From assembly GCA_039818205.1 (NCBI GenBank), contig JBCBUK010000002.1, positions 160,001 through 224,000 of the forward strand: 64,000 nt of DNA, in the 5' to 3' direction. The notes under the pieces are model-generated. The model had not been told where the DNA came from. It saw only the letters and a program-made list of their open reading frames with translations, and searched no databases. This document shows positions 55,398 to 64,000 of the stretch, piece after piece. The stretch is from Verrucomicrobiota bacterium (GTDB taxonomy: Bacteria; Verrucomicrobiota; Verrucomicrobiia; Opitutales; Cerasicoccaceae). Both the position numbers and the translations under genes were made by a program. Within the stretch, counting starts at the first letter, position 1, and the number at the start of each line of letters is the position of its first letter.

Positions 55398-56144
55398 TTA
55401 CATCGCCATGCCGCCGTCAACCGAAAAAGTTTGTCCAGTGATATAACCGGCTTCTTCACTTGCAAGATAGGTGCACATGTTGGCGATTTCCGAAACGTGG
55501 CCAAACCGCTTGAGCGGGATAATTTTGGTGGCTTCGGCTTTGATAGTATCATTCAGCTCGTTGGTCATGTCGGTGTCGATAAATCCTGGAGCAACGGCGT
55601 TGACCGTGATGCTGCGGGAAGCAACCTCACGAGCGGTGGATTTGGTGAAACCGATCATACCGGCCTTGGCCGCGCCGTAGTTGGCTTGACCTGGGTTGCC
55701 GATAAGTCCGACGACTGAAGTGATGTTGATGATTCGCCCCCAGCGTTTACGGGTCATCGGGCGCAGGAGGCCCTTTGTCCAATAGAAGCAGGAGGATAAA
55801 TTGGTATTTATGACATCGAGCCAGTCCTCGTCAGTCATGCGCAATAGGAGCATGTCGCGAGTGATTCCGGCATTGTTGACGAGGATGTCGATGTTTTCAT
55901 GATCCTTTAGGATCTTTTCGCAAGCGGCAGCGACGGCGGCCGCATCGCCTACATCGACGGCGAGCGCTTCGGCTTGCCCGCCTTTTTCGCGGATCGCTTC
56001 GGCGGCAGATCCGCAGGAGTTTTCGCTTTTGCTAACGCAAATGACCCGGACGCCCTCGGCGGCCAGGCTCTCGGCGATCGCGCGGCCAATTCCGCGTCCC
56101 GCACCGGTGACTAGTGCTGTCTTGTTCTCGAAAGTCAGATTCAT
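55398..56144 (-). CDS. fabG: 3-oxoacyl-ACP reductase
   Basis: TGAGRGIG, NNAGITRD, YGAAK and PGFIDTDM; adjacent to acpP-fabF. Confidence 0.96.
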   Translation of the reverse strand: MNLTFENKTALVTGAGRGIGRAIAESLAAEGVRVICVSKSENSCGSAAEAIREKGGQAEALAVDVGDAAAVAAACEKILKDHENIDILVNNAGITRDMLLLRMTDEDWLDVINTNLSSCFYWTKGLLRPMTRKRWGRIINITSVVGLIGNPGQANYGAAKAGMIGFTKSTAREVASRSITVNAVAPGFIDTDMTNELNDTIKAEATKIIPLKRFGHVSEIANMCTYLASEEAGYITGQTFSVDGGMAM

Positions 56145-56265
56145 GTAGGGGGCTAAGCCATGGGAATATGCTTCGATGCTGGCAAGCAAAAAGCAGCAGA
56201 TTCTAACCAAGTTTTATTAGTGTTGGCCTCTAGTCCCGGCTTTATCGGTCAAGATCGGTGAAGTG

Positions 56266-56703
56266 CTAGTGGTTGGTGAGAGTTTGGATTTGGTAAAACG
56301 CAAAAGTGACGGCGGTTTCGAAGATTGACGGTTCGCAGGTCATCTCGGCGGATTCATGGCCCAATTGTAGCGACAAGTGGTCGCTTTGAAACCTGGGCCA
56401 GAGCGGAGCGAAGGCTTCTCGCACTTTAGTACTATGGTCGCTCTGCGCTATTCTTGCGCCGCGTCCGATCCAGTTCAATTCTACCAAACCGACCAAGGAT
56501 TTCTGTGGGTCGAACACCTGGATCGCTCGACCCTTCTTGACGGTAGATAAAATTTCCTCGTCTTCCTCGCGGATCACGAATCTGCCGGCAATCAGGCTCG
56601 GTACGCACGTGCAATGAAGTCGTCTGCCATTGGATGCTTCAGCAAAGATTTTGATATTCACTAAGCCGGTTTTTGTAAACTTTGTCGTGAGCCGCTCCGA
56701 CAT
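56266..56703 (-). CDS. Hypothetical protein
   Basis: 145-aa ATG ORF filling the pyk-fabG gap on the same strand; no recognised motif. Confidence 0.5.
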   Translation of the reverse strand: MSERLTTKFTKTGLVNIKIFAEASNGRRLHCTCVPSLIAGRFVIREEDEEILSTVKKGRAIQVFDPQKSLVGLVELNWIGRGARIAQSDHSTKVREAFAPLWPRFQSDHLSLQLGHESAEMTCEPSIFETAVTFAFYQIQTLTNH

Positions 56704-56785
56704 CTATTGCCTTGTTGTCGTGGTTGGTCAGTTCCGCCGTTTCAACGGAGGGGCCTGCCGATCTCGAGCCATGATGCATAACGGA

Positions 56786-58219
56786 TCACTCAACCTGGCG
56801 CATCTGCACGGAGTCGACTGAGCGAGTACCCACAATGACATTGGTGATCACCACCATCCAATCGCCGGGAACGGCCCAGCGGTGGCGGCTGTTCTTCAAG
56901 CGCTCAAAGCTTTTTTGGATCGTTGTCTCAGTATCCTCATTAAAGTCCATCAAGAAGGGCTCGACCCCCCGCAGGATAAGCATCTGGCGGAAAAGGAGTT
57001 CTTGATCGGTGAAAAGAAAAATCGGGCTGTAGCTCGGGCGCAGCGCGCTGAGGACCTCGGGAAGGTAGCCCTTGCGAGAATAGACGACGATGCCGGCTTG
57101 CAGTTCTTCGGCGAGTTGGGCTGATGCCTTGAGCATGCGGGCTTTCGGCGTCTTTAACTGTACGTCGGAAACGAGCGGGTCGTGGCGGAGTTCGCGCTCG
57201 ATTTGACGAGAAATCCGGTCCATGACGTTCACGCACTCGACTGGATAATTGCCAGTAGTCGTTTCGCCCGAAAGCATGACGGCGTCGGCTTTTTCGAAGA
57301 CGGCGTTCGCGACATCGGAGACTTCCGCGCGGGTTGGCAGCGGGTTCTCAATCATCGACTCCAGCATGTGGGTCGCGATGATAACGGGCTTCTTCTGCTG
57401 GATACAGGTGCGAACCGCGCGACGTTGAATCACCGGAAGTTGCTCATAGGGGCACTCGACACCGAGGTCTCCGCGGGCGACCATTAGGCCATCGGAAGCG
57501 ACGATGATGCTGTCCAAATTGCTAATCGCCGATTGGTCCTCAATCTTAGCAATAATGCGGGCTTTGGAGCCTTTTTCGGCTAAGTGGCGGCGAAGGATAT
57601 CCAGGTCGTCTGCTTCCCGGACGAAGGAAAGAGCGAAAAAATCGACACCTTCCTCGACGCCCACGGCGATATCGCCAGAGTCCTTGTCCGTTAGGGCGGG
57701 GAGGCTGATACGGGTGCCGGGAAGATTGATGTGCCGGCGGTTGCCCATGGGTCCGGGGATCATGACTTCGCAGCGCACGCGGTCTTCCATGATTTCCAAG
57801 ATCTTCATGCGAACTAGGCCGCTGTCCACCAACAGATTCGAGCCAGCCTCAACGTCATGGATGAATTTTGGGTAATTGACGGTGACGCCGCGGATTCCTG
57901 GTTCCAGGTTGTCGTCGATGGTGCCCTTGACCAGGAAGTCGAAAGTCTCGCCTTTCTCAAGCATGATTGGCTCGGGCAAATCACCTGTTCGGATCTCTGG
58001 TCCTTTCACGTCCATCATGATCGCTATATGGCGGTTTATCCGATCGCAGACGGACCGAACCCGCCGAATGACATCGCGCGTCCACTCGTGGCTGGCATGG
58101 GCCATGTTCAGGCGACAAATATCCACGCCGGCGAGAATTAGCTCTTCGAGCTTCTCCTCATTCTGGGTGGCTGGGCCAATGGTAAAGACGATTTTGGTGT
58201 GACGATAACTTACGTTCAT
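56786..58219 (-). CDS. pyk: Pyruvate kinase
   Basis: [40 protein letters not shown] and DAVMLSGET. Confidence 0.97.
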   Translation of the reverse strand: MNVSYRHTKIVFTIGPATQNEEKLEELILAGVDICRLNMAHASHEWTRDVIRRVRSVCDRINRHIAIMMDVKGPEIRTGDLPEPIMLEKGETFDFLVKGTIDDNLEPGIRGVTVNYPKFIHDVEAGSNLLVDSGLVRMKILEIMEDRVRCEVMIPGPMGNRRHINLPGTRISLPALTDKDSGDIAVGVEEGVDFFALSFVREADDLDILRRHLAEKGSKARIIAKIEDQSAISNLDSIIVASDGLMVARGDLGVECPYEQLPVIQRRAVRTCIQQKKPVIIATHMLESMIENPLPTRAEVSDVANAVFEKADAVMLSGETTTGNYPVECVNVMDRISRQIERELRHDPLVSDVQLKTPKARMLKASAQLAEELQAGIVVYSRKGYLPEVLSALRPSYSPIFLFTDQELLFRQMLILRGVEPFLMDFNEDTETTIQKSFERLKNSRHRWAVPGDWMVVITNVIVGTRSVDSVQMRQVE

Positions 58220-58475
58220 TGTTGCTGCTCAATCCGGGGTAAGCATTCGTTATGCCGGGTTAGTGCCAAGATAAATCTGAGTTCTAGAATGATTTATCCG
58301 ACTGGTAGGTGTTGAAATGTTTACCAAATTTCGGCTTCGTTTGATTTTTACTTCCTCGTAACTCGAACCTGGGACATTTGGTTTGGCAAAGCATGGTGGT
58401 GGTGGCACAGTTTGTGGTTAATATTTTACTGATCGTGCTGTCGGGCGCCCTAATCAGTGAGATCTTCTGCTAGTG

Positions 58476-60617
58476 ATGACTCAAAATACGGCCAGTGAAG
58501 ATGCCAACTCACCCGTTAGTACGGATCTGGGTGCCCTGGTTGGTCACAATCATTGTGTCGCCGGAAGCACGAGCATCGCGAAGGTACAAAAAATCTTCCA
58601 GACTCATCGCTACAGTTTCATGGCGGTGGTCGATAATCACCGGGTTGTGGGAATGTGCTCGCGTGAGCGCATTGGCGGTATGCTTGGATCTCAGTTTGGA
58701 TTCTCAATATACGGAAAAAAACCGATCCGCGATTTTATGGTCCCCCATCCGGAGATCATCCGGATTAAGACTCCGGTTCATGAGGTCTTGGAGCGGGTGT
58801 TTGGTCGTAGTTCGGAACGTTTTTACGAGGATGCGGTTTTGGTGGATGATTCTCAGCACCTGTTAGGGCTCATCCCCGTGGATAATTTAGTCCGATTGCA
58901 AAACGGACTGCTGAGCGAGAAAATCCGTCTGTATAAGCACAGTGAGCGACAGTTGATCCAGCAGAAGCAGCAGCTGCAGCAATTGACCGAAGAGTTGGAG
59001 CGCGCAAATGCTGAACTGGAATCGGCTCGGGACCTGGCCCTTGAGGGTACCCGGCTAAAGTCGGAGTTTTTGGCCAATATGAGCCATGAAATACGCACGC
59101 CAATGAATGGAATCGTTGGTATGATTAGCTTGCTTCAAGAATCGAATCTCGACGATGAGCAGCGTGGATTTGCCGATACGGTTCAAGGAAGCGTCGATGC
59201 TTTGCTCGGCATTATAAACGACATATTGGACTATTCGAAAATCGAAGCCGGCAAGTTGGAGGTTGCCGAAGAGGACACTCCGGTTCGTGAGTTGGTCGAA
59301 GAGTGCGTCCAGCTGATGTCGAAAAACGCCTCAAACAAGAGCTTGGAATTTATCTTGGACATCGATCCCCATGTCCCTGATTGGATGCGTTTAGATCCCC
59401 TGCGCTACCGGCAGATTATTAATAATCTGATTGGGAACGCGATCAAGTTTACCTCCGATGGAGAAGTGGTTGTCGTGGTGGACCTCGCACATGATCCTGA
59501 GCGCGGCACATTTCTCCGAACCTTGATCCGCGACAGCGGCATCGGTATTTCGAGCGAGCAGCGGAAGCACCTGTTCAACGCATTCATGCAAGCGGACGGT
59601 TCCACCAGCCGGAAATACGGCGGGACCGGGCTTGGTCTCGCAATTTCGCGGCGCCTAGCGACTCTGATGAATGGCGAGCTGGAGTTTACAAGTGAGCTGG
59701 GTAAGGGCAGTGCGTTCTGGCTGGATCTTCCGTTTATTCGTTCACAGGGATCTGAGTTTGGGCCGGAGCGGAGTCGCGTTCACCGAGGTATGCGGTATTT
59801 GGTCGTCGATGATCATCCCCGCGTTGGAGAGGTCATTCGGCAGTGGATCGAAGCTGAGAACGGAACGGCCGAGGTCTTTTCGGACAATCTGACGGCTTTA
59901 AATCGAGTGAAGCAGGCTGCCGCCGATGGCGTATATTTTGATTTTGCTTTGATCGAGGCGGATCAGCCCGAGTTTCGCGGTTCGGCATTTTGCGAGGGTG
60001 TCTTTGCAGATCCGCTTTTGACGGACGTGCGCATAGTCCTCATGGGCGATGTTAATCAACATGCGAAAGCTTGCTGCGAGGGCGCTAATCGAATTTTCAA
60101 ACCAATATGCCCGGGTGCCTTGCGCCGGATGATTGAGAAGCTGCAACCGGAGTCGCCCGCTCAACAGTTGAGGGAGGAAGTGAGTCAGTTGGCTAAGGTT
60201 GCTGATGACGCGCAGGACCCGATTTCGCTGCGCGTCTTGGTTGTTGAAGACTCGGTGACGAATCAGGAGGTTGCTGCACGCATGCTTAAGCGACTTGGGC
60301 ATCATGCAAGTGTCGTTGAGAACGGATTGCAGGCACTGGAGTATTTACGTGCGGAGACCGTTGATTGTGTGCTGATGGATTGTCAGATGCCCGACATGGA
60401 TGGTTATGCATGCACGCGGGCAATTCGTGAAGGCTACCATGGTGTTCGTTGCCGAGATATTCCGATCATTGCGATGACGGCTCATGCAATGAAAGGCGAT
60501 CGCAAGAAATGCCTCGATGCCGGAATGAATGACTATTTACCCAAGCCCATTACTTTGAGTGATCTTGAGGAGGTTTTGGCACGAGCCGAAATCCCTCAGA
60601 TTCGGATTTCAGGTTAG
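58476..60617 (+). CDS. Cytoplasmic hybrid histidine kinase: CBS pair + HisKA + HATPase + two receiver domains
   Basis: N-terminal CBS-like repeats, [43 protein letters not shown]2 [12 protein letters not shown]; no TM segment. Confidence 0.92.
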   Translation: MTQNTASEDANSPVSTDLGALVGHNHCVAGSTSIAKVQKIFQTHRYSFMAVVDNHRVVGMCSRERIGGMLGSQFGFSIYGKKPIRDFMVPHPEIIRIKTPVHEVLERVFGRSSERFYEDAVLVDDSQHLLGLIPVDNLVRLQNGLLSEKIRLYKHSERQLIQQKQQLQQLTEELERANAELESARDLALEGTRLKSEFLANMSHEIRTPMNGIVGMISLLQESNLDDEQRGFADTVQGSVDALLGIINDILDYSKIEAGKLEVAEEDTPVRELVEECVQLMSKNASNKSLEFILDIDPHVPDWMRLDPLRYRQIINNLIGNAIKFTSDGEVVVVVDLAHDPERGTFLRTLIRDSGIGISSEQRKHLFNAFMQADGSTSRKYGGTGLGLAISRRLATLMNGELEFTSELGKGSAFWLDLPFIRSQGSEFGPERSRVHRGMRYLVVDDHPRVGEVIRQWIEAENGTAEVFSDNLTALNRVKQAAADGVYFDFALIEADQPEFRGSAFCEGVFADPLLTDVRIVLMGDVNQHAKACCEGANRIFKPICPGALRRMIEKLQPESPAQQLREEVSQLAKVADDAQDPISLRVLVVEDSVTNQEVAARMLKRLGHHASVVENGLQALEYLRAETVDCVLMDCQMPDMDGYACTRAIREGYHGVRCRDIPIIAMTAHAMKGDRKKCLDAGMNDYLPKPITLSDLEEVLARAEIPQIRISG

Positions 60618-60743
60618 CTCTAAGCTTTTCTTAGGCATGGTCGTGATTCCGAAGACTGCGATCCATGGCACCGCCGAGGTGTTCCGGCCTCGATCGTGGT
60701 TCTGATTGGCAAACGAATCGACCGCACAGAGCTTGCAATGCGG

Positions 60744-61355
60744 CTAGCGCTTAGTGCTGGAGGTTAGCAAAGATTCCTTTGCTTCAAGGCGAGTCTGCCA
60801 ACGGCGAAGTTGCTCTTCCTTGTTTGAAAGTTCGTTGTCCGTTTCGTAGTGACGCTGAGCAATTTCGGAAAGGCGATTCTCGCTTTCTTCGATGTATGAC
60901 TCGCGAACGGTCAACTCAGATTCACGGCGATCGAGTTCTTCTTCGCGTTGCTTGATGATTTTCCAAGCTTCGTCCATGTCGCGCGCTTCCATTACGCGAA
61001 TACGCTCTTGTTCTGCGACTTCCTGGGCGCGTTTACGCTCAGATTCGATGTGCGCCATCGCTGCGGCTTCAATGCCCTCTCGAGCCGCTTGTTCAAGGGC
61101 AAGGCATTTGACATAACCCACTGGCTCTAGGCCATCGATAACCAAATCCATGACGTCATCGAGCGAGGTATACTCGAGGCGAGGACCGACTGAAAGAATA
61201 GCTTTCTGGTCCATCCGCTTCTTCCCGAAGACCACCAGATAGTGAACGGACGTGTTTGCCCATAGCTCCCGAATGCCTTCATGGTGTTCGGGTTTCGATT
61301 CACTCAATAGTTCGTAGAGTGAGTATTCTCGGAAACTGTTTTTGCGTCCTAACAT
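60744..61355 (-). CDS. Hypothetical protein with C-terminal coiled coil
   Basis: 203-aa ATG ORF; Glu/Arg-rich heptad region in the second half. Confidence 0.7.
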   Translation of the reverse strand: MLGRKNSFREYSLYELLSESKPEHHEGIRELWANTSVHYLVVFGKKRMDQKAILSVGPRLEYTSLDDVMDLVIDGLEPVGYVKCLALEQAAREGIEAAAMAHIESERKRAQEVAEQERIRVMEARDMDEAWKIIKQREEELDRRESELTVRESYIEESENRLSEIAQRHYETDNELSNKEEQLRRWQTRLEAKESLLTSSTKR

Positions 61356-61663
61356 GCGGTAAATTCTTTAGATTAGTTTTCTCCTAAACTAGCTTCAATT
61401 TTACCCTAAGATACAGGCCAGTCGACTGGAATAAAAGATCAGCAATGACATTTAACCTGTTCGACACATTGGTCATTTTTGTCCGGGCTACAGTTTCTCC
61501 ATTATGGTATAAACTAGGCAATATTACCCATTCCTATGGTCTGCTGATAATGCGATCTTTTTAATAATCTGAAACGTTCCAGTAACGAATGTCAAAGTTC
61601 GGTAAACGGCATTGTTTGGGTTGGACACTCTAGGTGGGTAAGGCATTCGGTAAATGTCTAATC

Positions 61664-61987
61664 ATGGGGAAATCATCTCTGGAGGAAGATACTAGTTTGC
61701 GTCGATTGAAATCGCGACCCGGGCTTCGCAGTATGGTGGAGATACGGCAGGGTGGCGTTGTCGCTGCCAAGCGAGGCGAGCCAAACGAAGATCTAGTTGA
61801 AGCGACTCCGAATTTCTTGCGCGTGGGCAAAATGCTCGGTCGCAGTCTTGGACTGCAAGACCTCAAAGAGGTTCGTGTCATTGGTGATGAAAGATCCGTT
61901 ACCTTCATCGAAAGCGATGACCGCCGAGTAGGCGCGATTTACCTAGACGATCCAGCGCAGTCGATTAAGGCCGAACATGGAACTTAA
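61664..61987 (+). CDS. Small Roadblock/LC7-like protein
   Basis: L..L...PG...MV.I...G.V helix-strand start, then G..LG..LGL..LKEVRV and terminal beta strands; 11-nt overlap with the next gene. Confidence 0.6.
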   Translation: MGKSSLEEDTSLRRLKSRPGLRSMVEIRQGGVVAAKRGEPNEDLVEATPNFLRVGKMLGRSLGLQDLKEVRVIGDERSVTFIESDDRRVGAIYLDDPAQSIKAEHGT

Positions 61988-63899
61988 CGCCATCAGGGAC
62001 CTATTGGGTCGAACAAAGGGTGTTGAGGGTTTCGTGATCCTCGACAATCGAGGCGCTATTTTGAGTCAAGATTTGGGAAGTTATGCGAACGAGATTAAGC
62101 GCACTGAATTTGCAACTTGGATCCTCAACAGCTTTCACGCGCTAGACACTTACTACCCGCAGGCGTTTTTCCTTTTGCTGCGCTATGCGTCGGGTCAGGT
62201 CTACCTGACTCGCTCCGATTCCACACTGATAACGGTCATGTGCCGATATGGTGCTGACCTCCAATCTATTGAAACTGCTTTCAGCAAACACCGACAATCC
62301 ATGGCTAAATCGAACAGTTCCGGCATCGTCCGCGAGAAATCCCAGAAAGGCGAAACCGTCTTTCTTAAGATCAGTGAAACGGGCTCAGGCGCTACTTCTA
62401 GCCCAATTCCACAAAAGAAATCCGGGCCACCCGTTCCATTGATTATTGGTCTGGCCGTGGGCTTGTTAGTGATTGGCATAGGAGCCTTCTTTTTGACTCA
62501 GGGTCCTGGAGGCGAGACATCGCCGGAGGGAATTGAAACGCCGGTAACTCAGACTCCACCGACGACAGCCGCACCCGTGCCCTCGACTCCAGCGGGAGCG
62601 ACCGAGGCTGATGCGGCTACGGCTCGCGAACGGGCGGATTCGCTTGCGGTAATTGCCCGTCAGCACGACGGCTCAAATCGCGCTCCCAAGGATATGGCTC
62701 GGGCGGTGGCCAACTATCAAAGTGCTCAAGACGATTTTAGTGCGGGTCGTTATGAGGATGCGATCAAGCACTGGGATGATTCGGCGTCTTCGTATGGGCA
62801 AGCCTCGGTAAACTCGGCGGAGGTCGGGTTTCGCCAAGCCGTGCAGCAAGAAGGCTTGGAGGTTGCTTCCGACTACCCGATTCAGTTGTGGATTGAAGCC
62901 GAAGATTCAGTTGCTAAAGCCCAAGATATGGCGAATGCCGGAAACTATACCGAGGCAGTGGATCTGATCGTTGCCCAAGCTGATAAGCTTCCTCGATTGA
63001 AGGCCGGTATGCTGAAGCAGTTTCATCAGTTGGCGCTCGATGCCGACAAATCAAAGAACCTCGATGCCGCGCTCGATTTTTACCGAAAGGTCTTAGCCTT
63101 GGATCCAGATAATGCCACGGCGCGGAACTATTTTTATGCAAACCGTTATGAGCCCGGACAGGTAGTTTCCAACACGTTGGGTATGAGTTTTGCCTACATT
63201 CCGCCGGGCCGTTTTGAACGCGGTTCTCCTCCGAATGAAGCGTTCCGCGATGGCGATGAAACCCAATCAACGGTTACTTTGACCAAGGGCTTTTTCATGG
63301 CCACTACCGAAGTAACTCAGCACCAATGGGAACAAGTCATGGGCCAGAAGATGCGCATGGATGATCCGAATCCAGACTTTGTCGGTGGTCAGTTACCGGT
63401 CCACAGCATCACCTGGGAACAAGCGATTGAGTTTTGCCGTCGGCTTAGTGAGCAAGAAGGTAAAGTCTATCGTTTGCCGAGTGAAGCTGAGTGGGAGTAT
63501 GCGACGCGTGCCGGGACAACTGCTCCGTATAACAACGGGAAAATCCGCCTTACTAGTCGTGAAGCAAATATTTATGACCCTGCAGGCGAGGGTCTGGATT
63601 CCGTTGCCGCGGTTGCCTCCGTTGGAACACCAAATGCGTGGGGACTCTATGATATGCACGGTAACGTGTGGGAGTGGACCGCCGACTGGAGCGCTCCCTA
63701 CGCCGATGGACCGCAGGTGGATCCGGCCGGCCCAAATGAAGCTGAGGACCGAGTCGATTTGGCGATGAAGATTGTTCGCGGCGGATCGTTTCTCGATGAC
63801 TCGCATGTCGCTCGTAGCGCGAACCGCAGTGAAGCTTCCCCGGTCGTTGCCAATAGCTACACCGGCTTTCGCCCTGTCTTGGAAGTCGCCGACCTCTAA
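61977..63899 (+). CDS. Roadblock-like + TM + TPR + FGE-sulfatase (SUMF1)-fold protein
   Basis: N-terminal KGVEGFVILDNRGAIL; TM IIGLAVGLLVIGIGAFFL; Pro/Thr linker; ALDFYRKVLALDPDN TPR; TEVT..QW, PVHSITW..A..FC, RLPSEAEWEYA.R, NAWGLYDMHGNVWEW, RGGSF, GFR. Confidence 0.88.
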   Translation: MELNAIRDLLGRTKGVEGFVILDNRGAILSQDLGSYANEIKRTEFATWILNSFHALDTYYPQAFFLLLRYASGQVYLTRSDSTLITVMCRYGADLQSIETAFSKHRQSMAKSNSSGIVREKSQKGETVFLKISETGSGATSSPIPQKKSGPPVPLIIGLAVGLLVIGIGAFFLTQGPGGETSPEGIETPVTQTPPTTAAPVPSTPAGATEADAATARERADSLAVIARQHDGSNRAPKDMARAVANYQSAQDDFSAGRYEDAIKHWDDSASSYGQASVNSAEVGFRQAVQQEGLEVASDYPIQLWIEAEDSVAKAQDMANAGNYTEAVDLIVAQADKLPRLKAGMLKQFHQLALDADKSKNLDAALDFYRKVLALDPDNATARNYFYANRYEPGQVVSNTLGMSFAYIPPGRFERGSPPNEAFRDGDETQSTVTLTKGFFMATTEVTQHQWEQVMGQKMRMDDPNPDFVGGQLPVHSITWEQAIEFCRRLSEQEGKVYRLPSEAEWEYATRAGTTAPYNNGKIRLTSREANIYDPAGEGLDSVAAVASVGTPNAWGLYDMHGNVWEWTADWSAPYADGPQVDPAGPNEAEDRVDLAMKIVRGGSFLDDSHVARSANRSEASPVVANSYTGFRPVLEVADL

Positions 63900-63947
63900 T
63901 AGAATTTTCATTCCTCAATAGATTCCAAAGCAAAACCTACCATTGTT

Positions 63948-64000
63948 ATGAAAAACGATATGCTCAGCCGCATCGCTCAAACGTCACTTTTGGGCGCCCT
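63948..64000 (+). CDS. Probable start of the next gene (signal-peptide-like), truncated by window edge
   Basis: ATG AAA AAC GAT ATG... reading MKNDMLSRIAQTSLLGA and open to the end of the window. Confidence 0.4.
   Translation, partial: MKNDMLSRIAQTSLLGA

Noticed and set aside
58403..58420. Sigma-54 promoter (TGGCAC...) before the kinase
   Set aside because: The -12 element reads GG rather than the required GC
60690..60730. c-di-GMP-I riboswitch suggested by GGCAAAC
   Set aside because: Lacks the rest of the consensus and lies between convergent gene ends, not in a leader
63760..63899. FGE/C-type-lectin-fold C-terminus as a diversity-generating retroelement target
   Set aside because: No template repeat or reverse transcriptase seen in the window; cannot be excluded beyond the edge

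Overview
Core-genome-like bacterial chromosome segment (about 55 CDS, both strands, moderately GC-rich). I saw no rRNA, tRNA, CRISPR array, transposase or phage gene. The PEP-CTERM protein, orphan prepilin, Tat-exported Gfo/Idh/MocA enzyme and bat operon suggest a PVC-superphylum organism, probably Verrucomicrobiota/Opitutales (inference only). Housekeeping genes: obgE (partial), pyrG, ychF, ligA, trpD-glmM, radC, lysA, cmk-plsC-thiS-apaG, leuC, fabG-acpP-fabF, a delta-9 desaturase and pyk. Accessory loci: two MoxR/DUF58 systems (one a full bat operon), a 1960-aa alpha-2-macroglobulin with an intact CTEQ thioester motif, glycosyltransferases, and a CBS-domain hybrid kinase. Best candidates for undescribed systems: (1) a two-gene module pairing a stand-alone GRDP/DUF1399-like domain with a protein ending in a Gly/Cys tail (7232-8778); (2) a Roadblock/LC7-like protein coupled to a Roadblock-TM-TPR-noncatalytic FGE-fold membrane protein (61664-63899). 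Also notable: a LigA lacking all four zinc-finger cysteines, an in-frame TAA splitting a BatB-BatC fusion, a terminator-like hairpin in the pyrG leader, and a TTAA-N7-TTAA motif in three intergenic regions. All family assignments are by motif recognition; no database searches were run.
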